A DNA stretch of 13,357 bases from Candidatus Eiseniibacteriota bacterium (GTDB lineage Bacteria; Arandabacterota; Arandabacteria; Arandabacterales; Arandabacteraceae), in assembly GCA_043810925.1 (NCBI GenBank), contig JBDRNT010000144.1:1-13357 (forward strand). The letters run 5' to 3'. The notes beneath the pieces are model-generated. The model did not search any database and had not been told where the DNA came from. It worked only from the letters and a program-made list of their open reading frames with translations. Shown piece after piece: positions 1-6,713 of this stretch. Numbering within the stretch: the first letter of the stretch is position 1; each line of letters starts with the position of its first letter. A program made the position numbers and the translations under genes.

Positions 1-135
1 AAGGCAGATCTGTTCGATTACATCGAGATGTTCTATAATCCGAGACGTCGTCATAGCCACATCGGCGGCGTCAGTCCCGAGGTCTTTGAGCGGGCCTCAA
101 GCAAGGACCTGGTGGTGTCTACGAAACTGGGGTAA
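1..135 (+). CDS. IS3-family transposase OrfB, C-terminal end (partial; not in the ORF track)
   Basis: Frame 1 reads KADLFDYIEMFYNPRRRHSHIGGVSPEVFERASSKDLVVSTKLG*. This matches the typical IS3 OrfB C-terminal motif YIExFYNxxRxHSx(L/I)GxxSP. TAA at 133-135. Confidence 0.9.
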   Translation, partial: KADLFDYIEMFYNPRRRHSHIGGVSPEVFERASSKDLVVSTKLG

Positions 136-140
136 GTCCA
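1..140 (+). mobile_element. IS3-family insertion sequence, right end; right inverted repeat approx. 115-140
   Basis: The transposase stop lies inside GTGTCTACGAAACTGGGGTAAGTCCA, which ends in the 3'-CA typical of IS3 ends. The left IR and target duplication are outside the window. Confidence 0.8.
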
Positions 141-466
141 AGACGATCTGTCAGGTTACCGGCAAAGCGCCTCGCACGGTAGCGGAGTACCTGGTGATCG
201 TTGAGCATTATCAATCGGAGTTGGTGGGCAAGGATCATCGAGACTGGCTTATGAACCGCCGTAAGAAGGTCGGGACCGTGAGATTCTTGCCGGCGGAAAC
301 GATGGCTCCGATGGTTACTGCCCTCGAAAAAGGAGGGTCTACGGTATCGCGTAAGGAAGAGATTGTTGCTCCTGGAGACTCTGGTGAGGTCGATTCCAAA
401 GGCGACGCCACATCTAGAGGCCGAACGAGGGCAAAGAGGGCTCCGAAGCCAAGGAGAAAGAAGTGA
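141..466 (+). pseudogene. 3' remnant of a gene interrupted by the IS3 element; HTH-like segment resembling DUF1670-type C-termini
   Basis: An open frame continues from the IS end: TICQVTGKAPRTVAEYLVIVEHY..., then a low-complexity basic tail. The ORF-track start at 86 lies inside the IS. The family resemblance is by eye only. Confidence 0.45.
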
Positions 467-541
467 TCAAGAATCACTCACCGGACATATGGCCTAATAG
501 TAGATAGTACCTGGGTTGACCGAGCAACCTATCTGAACAGC

Positions 542-1012
542 TCAACCCTCTTCTTCTGTGGGAGCTGTGCTGGCATCGCCTGTGTCTCCTACCTTGTTTT
601 TCAGCCTGCCACTGCTGTCAACGTCTCTCCACTCAAAGATTACCCTGGGCCGTTCATCCGGGTCCTCTTGGCGTAAGAACTCCTCGAGCCTGATTAGCCT
701 GTCCAGGTCTGTGATGGTTGGTTTCACCTTACCCTCGGCAATAGCCTGTGCGACTTTGATGAGCCCCATCTCCACTATCTTACGGTTTCTGGCAGCCCTT
801 TCAACTCCGTCGCTGAGGCTCTGATCTGCCATGCTCCGTGCGACCTCCCCGTCTCTTTCTCCTACTCGCCGCTTCCAGCCGAATGACCTGCCCCAGAGCT
901 TCACGGCGGCGATCGACATACCGAACTCTTTGGCAACCTTGCTGTAGCTCCTGCCCTCGCCAATGCCGTAGTAGAATTCGAATGCCTTCTTGTGATGCTC
1001 CAGCTCATTCAA
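542..1012 (-). CDS. HTH DNA-binding protein, terminase small subunit-like (copy A)
   Basis: N-terminal AFEFYY...RSYSKVAKEFGMSIAAVKLWGRSFGWKRRV HTH followed by a helical region and DLDRLIRLEEFL. TTG start overlaps the upstream stop (TTGA) with a GAGGTG RBS. Paralog of 2480-2914. Confidence 0.65.
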   Translation of the reverse strand: MNELEHHKKAFEFYYGIGEGRSYSKVAKEFGMSIAAVKLWGRSFGWKRRVGERDGEVARSMADQSLSDGVERAARNRKIVEMGLIKVAQAIAEGKVKPTITDLDRLIRLEEFLRQEDPDERPRVIFEWRDVDSSGRLKNKVGDTGDASTAPTEEEG

Positions 1013-1341
1013 CGGGTAGTCACCTCACTTACGTAAACCCGGGCGATCTCCACGAGCGCCTTGCCCCTTGTGATGCCACCGTTGCGCTGTGACGCCTCTT
1101 CCATGGCCCTCTCGACCGTTTCCACGTCCTCTACCACGAATGAGAGAATGTGGGGCCGTTCACGCTCAGCCCTCTCAACCTCCTCATTTAGGTAAGCCTC
1201 CAGGCCATCCGGGATCTTCATGAGATCGAGCGCATCCTTAAGCTCTGCTTCAGAGTAGGGGAGCTGCGATTCGAGGTCTGCCAGCGTCAGCTCTTGGCTC
1301 AGGTCGTGGATCAGCTCGGACAAAAGAACCGAAACGGAAGT
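1009..1341 (-). pseudogene. Truncated ParB-like gene: C-terminal domain only (copy A)
   Basis: About 85% amino-acid identity (16 differences in 104 aa by manual alignment) to the C-terminal half of 2911-3540. Homology starts at SVSVLLSELIHDL, with an in-frame stop a few codons upstream and no ParB N-domain. It could still be translated from TTG 1323. Confidence 0.75.
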
Positions 1342-1382
1342 GTCCTGGTATCAGCAGAAGCAGACCTGACCACACCAAGCCG

Positions 1383-2045
1383 CTACTTGATGATTACGGC
1401 CTTCATGCCCCTGCTTGCCCCTCCGGTGTGCACCAGCTGATAGAAGTACACCCCGGGCGGCAGCTGATTGCCCTCGTTGTCGAGCCCATCCCACGTGACG
1501 CTCATACGAATTGGTCCCAAGTCTCCGATCATGACAGTTCTAACCACCCGACCTTGTGCATCAACGATCGAGATGCGAGCATCGGTGATGGATTCATTAG
1601 TGATGATAGGAATTGCGGTCGATGGGTAGAACGGATTGGGGCAATTCTGACGTAGTGGGGCAACCAAGACCCCAGAGGGTTCCTCAGGCATTCCGGCAAT
1701 CCACGGAGGTTGCGACTCCCGCCACTCCTCACCTCCCGGCGCAACGTACCAGAACGACCCGTTTCTTGTTATCAAGTACTTGCTATAGATCCATTCGAGG
1801 CTGTCTACCGGGACAACAGTGAAGGACCCACCATCCTCCCATTGCTCGGCCTGTCGCAAGAAGCGCCACAGATGACCGTCGGTGGTCAAGATCACAAATG
1901 CTTCCAGATCGTCACGCTGCCAGGTCGCGATCACGCCAGACTCCGCGTCTTGATGCACATAGCCAGCCTGGACAATCTCACAGAGTGCTCCTGCAATCAC
2001 CATAGTAACGGCCACAACCAAGCAAGCGATCTTAACGATTCTCAT
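1383..2045 (-). CDS. Secreted protein with C-terminal FlgD-Ig / T9SS type A-like sorting domain
   Basis: ATG 2045 follows AAAGGAGG. Signal-peptide-like N-terminus MRIVKIACLVVAVTMVIAGALCEIVQA. C-terminal QNCPNPF...GRVVRTV...TWDGLDNEGNQLPPGVYFYQL...KAVIIK. Confidence 0.8.
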   Translation of the reverse strand: MRIVKIACLVVAVTMVIAGALCEIVQAGYVHQDAESGVIATWQRDDLEAFVILTTDGHLWRFLRQAEQWEDGGSFTVVPVDSLEWIYSKYLITRNGSFWYVAPGGEEWRESQPPWIAGMPEEPSGVLVAPLRQNCPNPFYPSTAIPIITNESITDARISIVDAQGRVVRTVMIGDLGPIRMSVTWDGLDNEGNQLPPGVYFYQLVHTGGASRGMKAVIIK

Positions 2046-2210
2046 GGCATCCCCTCCTTTGCGAAACCAGCTCCGGTTTGATTGCCACATTAATCCGCAG
2101 CCCCATTGGCGCGGTGCGAAGCATACACCCCAGCCATGGCTTATGTGGTCTCACCATAACTGGAGTTAACTGGCATTTGAGCCGGATAATACCCGTGAGT
2201 CTACTCTGTA

Positions 2211-2239
2211 CAACTACCACACTTCCGAGCACTTGTCAA
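2211..2239 (-). promoter_or_regulatory. Possible sigma70 promoter for the secreted cargo gene
   Basis: Minus strand TTGACA-17 nt-TAGTTG with a TG extended -10 dinucleotide. The -10 box is imperfect. Confidence 0.35.
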
Positions 2240-2479
2240 TCCATCTCGCACATATCCAGAGCATTACCCGGCCCCCATGATCACCCGCCCCAAGCTTCTA
2301 TTGGCCTTCGCCGGCCGAAACATCTGATGCGTGAGAAGTCAATCCTTGGTGCAGAACCGGCCGCCCAGTAAGCAAGCATCTGGCTCCAGGCTTTGTCCGC
2401 GTGATGCCTCTCATTCCTGGCCGCGTCGTACCTCGTTCAGTCGGCCTACCTGAACCAACCGGATCGAATGCACATCTCG

Positions 2480-2914
2480 TTACGTGTAACCTTGGCCCTT
2501 TTGGCGAGCAGCATACCGCCGCTTAATCTGCTCCAGCAGTGACCCTTCTCCCTCTGGGGCAGTCGCACCTCTTCTCAGGAACTCCTCAAGCCTCACGAGC
2601 CTATCGAGATCGGAAATGGTCGGCTTGACCTTGCCTTCCGCGATTGCCTTGGCAACCTGGATGAGGCCCATCTCAACGATCTTGCGGTTCCGAGCTGTCT
2701 TCTCACTGGAGCTCTTGAGGTTATCGTCAGCCATCGCCCTTGCCGCATCGGCGTCTCTTTCCCGGACCCGATCCCTCCAGCCGAAGCTCTTGCCCCACAC
2801 CTTGACAGTGGCCAGTGACACCCCGAATTCTTGAGCCACCAACTTGTAGCTCCGGCCTTCGCCAAGTCCGTAGTAGAACTCAAATGCCTTCCTGTGGTGT
2901 TCTTGCTCTATCAA
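2480..2914 (-). CDS. HTH DNA-binding protein, terminase small subunit-like (copy B)
   Basis: AFEFYYGLGEGRSYKLVAQEFGVSLATVKVWGKSFGWRDRV HTH. It sits after the MTase and ParB genes, as TerS often does in phages. TTG start is coupled to the ParB stop. Confidence 0.65.
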   Translation of the reverse strand: MIEQEHHRKAFEFYYGLGEGRSYKLVAQEFGVSLATVKVWGKSFGWRDRVRERDADAARAMADDNLKSSSEKTARNRKIVEMGLIQVAKAIAEGKVKPTISDLDRLVRLEEFLRRGATAPEGEGSLLEQIKRRYAARQKGQGYT

Positions 2915-3540
2915 CTGGCGCTCACCTCGCTCACGTAGGCCCGGGCGATCTCCACCAGAGATTTGCCCCTTGTGAGGCCACCGTTGGCCTGTGAGGCCTT
3001 TTCTATGGCCTTCTCGACCGTTTCCACGTCCTCAACCACAAACGAGAGAATATGGGGCCTTTCCCGCTCCGCCTTCGCTACTTCCTCGTCCAGGTAGGCT
3101 TCCAGTCCATCGGGGATCTTCATGAGCTCGAGGGCGTCTTTGAGCTCGGCCTCGCTGTATGGAAGCTGCGATTCCAGGTCGTCGAGCGTCAACTCTTGGC
3201 TCAGGTCGTGCACGAGTTCGGAGAGCAATGACGACACGCTCTGCCCCTTCATTTCGTTCAAGTTGACTGAGAGTATTTTAGCCCTCCGATCATCGAGGTC
3301 GACCACGGCACAGGGGACCGTTTCATAGCCCAAGTCCCTGGCAATCTTCCACCGGTGATAGCCGCCGAGAATCTGATAACCGTCACCAAGGCATCTAACG
3401 ACAATCGGCTCAACCAGCCCCTCGCGCTTCACGTACTGCTTGAGTTTGTAGTACATCTCCTCCGACATGCGGTTGGGATTCCACGCGTTCGGTTGGAGCT
3501 TCCCAACCTCGATCTCTTCAAGTTCAAATGCCTTTCCCAT
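2911..3540 (-). CDS. ParB/Sulfiredoxin N-terminal domain protein
   Basis: LQPNAWNPNRM...GLVEPIVVR...YQILGGYHRWKIARDLGYETVP is a ParB/Srx fold signature with a GxHR motif. ATG 3540 is preferred because GGAGG lies 8 nt upstream; alternative starts are 3546 and 3549. Confidence 0.88.
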   Translation of the reverse strand: MGKAFELEEIEVGKLQPNAWNPNRMSEEMYYKLKQYVKREGLVEPIVVRCLGDGYQILGGYHRWKIARDLGYETVPCAVVDLDDRRAKILSVNLNEMKGQSVSSLLSELVHDLSQELTLDDLESQLPYSEAELKDALELMKIPDGLEAYLDEEVAKAERERPHILSFVVEDVETVEKAIEKASQANGGLTRGKSLVEIARAYVSEVSAS

Positions 3541-3545
3541 CCTCA

Positions 3546-4562
3546 TCACCTCCCAACTATTAGAAACTCCCGGTTACTACCCCGCTTCTCCTCACTGCTT
3601 AAGCCCGTCAGGTGCGCATAGGCGATCTCCTCGGCGTGCACGACCTCTTTGAACCTGCCAACTAGCTCCACCAGCGTCTCAAGCCCGATCGCTGCGTTGC
3701 CGTATGACACGATCCACAGGGGGAACTTCTGGCTGGCATCGAATAACCTCTCCAGAACCTCTATGGCCCCCGCCTTGCTGAAGGCACTCGCATCATCCCT
3801 GACCATCTTGCCCGATAGAATACAGTCCAGTGCCCTCAGGGATGTCTCGTAGGCCGAGGTGCCGGCATACGGTGGATCGAGATACAGAATGTCGCCGTCC
3901 ATCTGGTCGAGGAACTTAAAGACGTCTAGCTGGTGCACTTCGTTTTGCCGGCCGTTGGAGAAAATACCGGCGTTGATCTGCTTCCGCAAAGTCTCCGCCA
4001 CAGCCCTGGGGTGACCGGCGACGTTGCGTGAGAGCATGTCCTTGAGGTAATTGGGATTCATCTCCTCCCACTTCTCATCCTCTGCTTGCTTGATAATTGT
4101 CTTAGCTCCGAAGTTGCCCATGGGTCTCATCCGCAGGACGTACTTGGTAAGAAGCAGCAACAGGAGCCAGTGCTTGACTCCTTCAACCCTACGAGCCACA
4201 GCGAACGCATTATCAAGGAACCGGGCATGCTTCGTGGTTACGACCGACCTTGCGAAGTTCTGCTCAATGAAGCCGGTGTTGCCTGCATCCTCAACGAACA
4301 GCCGGGTCAGATCCTCGGGGTCCAGGGTCACATGGTCGTTCTCGATAAGGGCCCGACCCACAAGGCAGCTCCGGAAGGCAATGTCGTTGGCTACAACTCT
4401 GTAACCCCGTGCCTTACCAAACAGCGACACTGAGCCTCCACCCAGGAAGGCATCCACCAGCACCGGCGCCTCGCTGGGTCTAGGCATCTGCTTGAAGATC
4501 CTTCCCAACAGCTTCCGCTTGCCCCCGAAGTAAGGAGGCAAGGCTCTCAGTCTACCCCACAT
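3546..4562 (-). CDS. DNA N6-adenine methyltransferase, D12/Dam-like class
   Basis: PYFGGK (motif X), DAFLGGGSV (SAM-binding motif I), VVAND, and catalytic YLDPPY (motif IV) in alpha-group order. GGAGGT RBS. Confidence 0.92.
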   Translation of the reverse strand: MWGRLRALPPYFGGKRKLLGRIFKQMPRPSEAPVLVDAFLGGGSVSLFGKARGYRVVANDIAFRSCLVGRALIENDHVTLDPEDLTRLFVEDAGNTGFIEQNFARSVVTTKHARFLDNAFAVARRVEGVKHWLLLLLLTKYVLRMRPMGNFGAKTIIKQAEDEKWEEMNPNYLKDMLSRNVAGHPRAVAETLRKQINAGIFSNGRQNEVHQLDVFKFLDQMDGDILYLDPPYAGTSAYETSLRALDCILSGKMVRDDASAFSKAGAIEVLERLFDASQKFPLWIVSYGNAAIGLETLVELVGRFKEVVHAEEIAYAHLTGLSSEEKRGSNREFLIVGR

Positions 4563-6571
4563 TTAGGATCACCTCCATTTCCGTTACCGTTCTTCTTGCC
4601 GAATATGTGGTCGACCACGTGCTGCGCAAAGATCTCTGCACACGCCCGGCCCCGCTCACCATCAAACTCGCTGATCGCTGCTCTTTCTTCAAAGAGCTCT
4701 CGATATTCATCTGGCCAGTCTTCCACATTGGCTGGCAGCATGCGTCGCCTCAATGCCCTGACGATTCGATCGTCTACCCGCGACGGTATTGGACCGGTAG
4801 AGACGATATTGTCTGAAATACCGTCTCGGTCCTTGCCGTTGCAACCACTTGAATCAGAGGCAGTTAACTGAGGGGAGACGGTATAGACGGTTTTGACGGT
4901 ATTCTCGGTATTCCTTCCGGGTCTTATATACTCCTTTTCTTTTTTCCTGCCTTCAACAGTAGGAGAAATACCGTCAATATCGTCTCCGATACTGAAACTC
5001 CTTGTATCACCAGCAGTTACGCGAGACGATATTGCTGACGATACCGTCTCAATACCGTCGTTACCGTCTCCATCTGAGCGGGGTGAATCCTGAGCAGTGA
5101 CTCTCGATAGCCGTACGCACCTCCGCTGGCCACCGGGCTCTCTCTGGAATCTGATCCCAACTGCCTCCAGATCCGGGACAAGCTCCTTCAAGCGACGAGT
5201 CAGTGCATTCGCAGCCTTCGGCCACCGCTTCACATCCGTGCTGATACCTCGTGCCGCCGCAACCGATTCTAGTTCCGTCAGCAGTTCAGTGGGCTCTCCC
5301 TCCCATACTGGTTGATCTTCCATGAATGCTATAACCAACATTGCCACCGGACTGTTGTCCAGTGCCTCCATGTGCCTGAGGGCGGTATTGTCCTCGTAGG
5401 CAGACAGGAACGCGTCCTGCGTCCACCCAAGCGCAACCGCAATCGCGCAACCCCACGCCGCGAAGTCAGCCATTCGTGGGTTGCGCGACAATCTTATCGA
5501 GCTGCGAATCGCCATGGCCTGTGCCAGGACCGTGAACATCCCTGAGGCAAGTCCGGGCAAGGCGTTCTCGAACTCAGGCCACAACTCTTCTTCTGGCCTG
5601 CACTGCTTCTCACTTATGCGCTCTAATCCGACCACGAGACACCGGTCCAGCAGATCGGGTTGATAGGCCGCAACATTGACACCGCCGAGTCCCACGCAGC
5701 GTCGGAAGCTGTAGATCACATCGTCATCGTCCGTGTACAATCGTCTCTTCGAGAAGCCGTCGCCCGTCACAGCCCGACAGATAGCATCACTGACCCACTG
5801 CGGCAACGTGTGCACGTTGTCAAAAAACGGTGCCCAATGATGGGAGAACTGCTGGACGAGTTCGCTCCCGTCTCGAGTCATCGTGAGCACCTCAGTAGTT
5901 GAGGGATCAATGAGTCGTCGAGCCATCCGGAGTGCCGTGGTCTTCGCCGATCCCTGCGGGCCATGCAGCACAAGAACCGGGTGCGGTATATCCGGAACGA
6001 GGCAGCTCACGAGCCAGACCAGAAGGAACATGCCCTGGGTTTCATCTCTGATATTGATGTAATGCAGAAGACCTTTGAGGTCACCGCTGTAGCGTAACGG
6101 TTCCACCTGCGGCCTTTGGTGGGAGAAGCGCCGGAAGAGGATCGGGGGGGGCTCTATTACGTCCCAGGTGCCGGGGATTATCTTTACAGCTCGCCACTCG
6201 GAATCCCCGAGGTCATACCAGATCGCTCCATCGGCCCTTGCAACCCTGTTGTCCAGTCTGTAGGCCTTACCATCAAACCTTGCCTTGGCCCTGAGCACAC
6301 CGAGCGCGGAGTTAAGAGCCTCCGAGCCTACCGGATTTGTGTCCTTGGTCCATGCCAATCGGGCCAGCCAGTCTTTGAACTGCTCGCTCCGGCACGACCA
6401 GATCTCGTAGCGTCCATCGATAGGAATTCTGACATAGGCCTCCCTCTTCTCGTCGTGGAAGAGGGTTACATCTTCCTTCGAGATCAGGGTGAGTATTCGC
6501 TTCGCAGGTGATTTCTGCCGTCTCTGTGTCTTGCCCTTTGCGTTACCGCCATCCTTGTCTGATGTCTTCAT
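4547..6571 (-). CDS. Mobile-element replication protein: P-loop ATPase/helicase of the phage/satellite primase-associated type, without a recognisable primase domain
   Basis: Walker A VLHGPQGSAKTT, Walker B-like PFFDNV, AVTGDGFSKRRLYTDDD and DLLDR. A winged-helix-like WEGEPTELL...WPKAANALTRRLKE segment and a C-terminal FEERAAISEFDG motif follow. ATG 6571 follows GGGAGGTG. Confidence 0.75.
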   Translation of the reverse strand: MKTSDKDGGNAKGKTQRRQKSPAKRILTLISKEDVTLFHDEKREAYVRIPIDGRYEIWSCRSEQFKDWLARLAWTKDTNPVGSEALNSALGVLRAKARFDGKAYRLDNRVARADGAIWYDLGDSEWRAVKIIPGTWDVIEPPPILFRRFSHQRPQVEPLRYSGDLKGLLHYINIRDETQGMFLLVWLVSCLVPDIPHPVLVLHGPQGSAKTTALRMARRLIDPSTTEVLTMTRDGSELVQQFSHHWAPFFDNVHTLPQWVSDAICRAVTGDGFSKRRLYTDDDDVIYSFRRCVGLGGVNVAAYQPDLLDRCLVVGLERISEKQCRPEEELWPEFENALPGLASGMFTVLAQAMAIRSSIRLSRNPRMADFAAWGCAIAVALGWTQDAFLSAYEDNTALRHMEALDNSPVAMLVIAFMEDQPVWEGEPTELLTELESVAAARGISTDVKRWPKAANALTRRLKELVPDLEAVGIRFQREPGGQRRCVRLSRVTAQDSPRSDGDGNDGIETVSSAISSRVTAGDTRSFSIGDDIDGISPTVEGRKKEKEYIRPGRNTENTVKTVYTVSPQLTASDSSGCNGKDRDGISDNIVSTGPIPSRVDDRIVRALRRRMLPANVEDWPDEYRELFEERAAISEFDGERGRACAEIFAQHVVDHIFGKKNGNGNGGDPKCGVD
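4782..5068. repeat. Iteron array (GACGRTAT and reverse complement), putative replication origin inside the rep gene
   Basis: Forward copies or variants at 4782, 4802, 4877, 4886, 4895, 4904, 5025 and 5037. Reverse copies at 4818, 4968, 4977, 5041, 5052 and 5061. AT/pyrimidine-rich tract at 4924-4946. Confidence 0.8.
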
Positions 6572-6713
6572 ATTCCACCACACCTCCCAACCCGTTCGCC
6601 GTGGCTTCCCCTGAAGTCACAGTCTGCCTGTCATTGCTCATACCCATTCTCATACCCTCTCGCCGAAATGAAAGAGAAAGGATATCTCATGTAGTGGCCT
6701 GTCCCGTAAGGCT

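Noticed and set aside
86-140. 5' part of ORF 86..466 as a real gene start
   Set aside because: It lies inside the IS3 transposase tail and inverted repeat, so the N-terminus is a chimeric artefact.
481-511. …GGCCTAATAGTAGATAGTACC as the terminal inverted repeat of a second IS
   Set aside because: It looks end-like, but there is no partner repeat or transposase in the window to support it.
2050-2095. c-di-GMP-I riboswitch-like text in the cargo gene leader (minus strand CAAACC…GGTTTCGCAAAG)
   Set aside because: It lacks the GNRA-tetraloop stem and the second hairpin; it is only a short hairpin before the RBS.
2032-2371. ORFs 2032..2232 (-) and 2078..2371 (+)
   Set aside because: No recognisable motifs or RBS, and they overlap the probable promoter and leader of the cargo gene.
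542-3260. Diversity-generating retroelement TR/VR pair
   Set aside because: Differences are spread over third codon positions and involve all bases rather than being adenine-specific, and there is no reverse transcriptase in the window.
4782-5068. CRISPR array interpretation of the repeats
   Set aside because: Units are 8-10 bp, occur in both orientations, lack regular unique spacers and lie inside a coding region.
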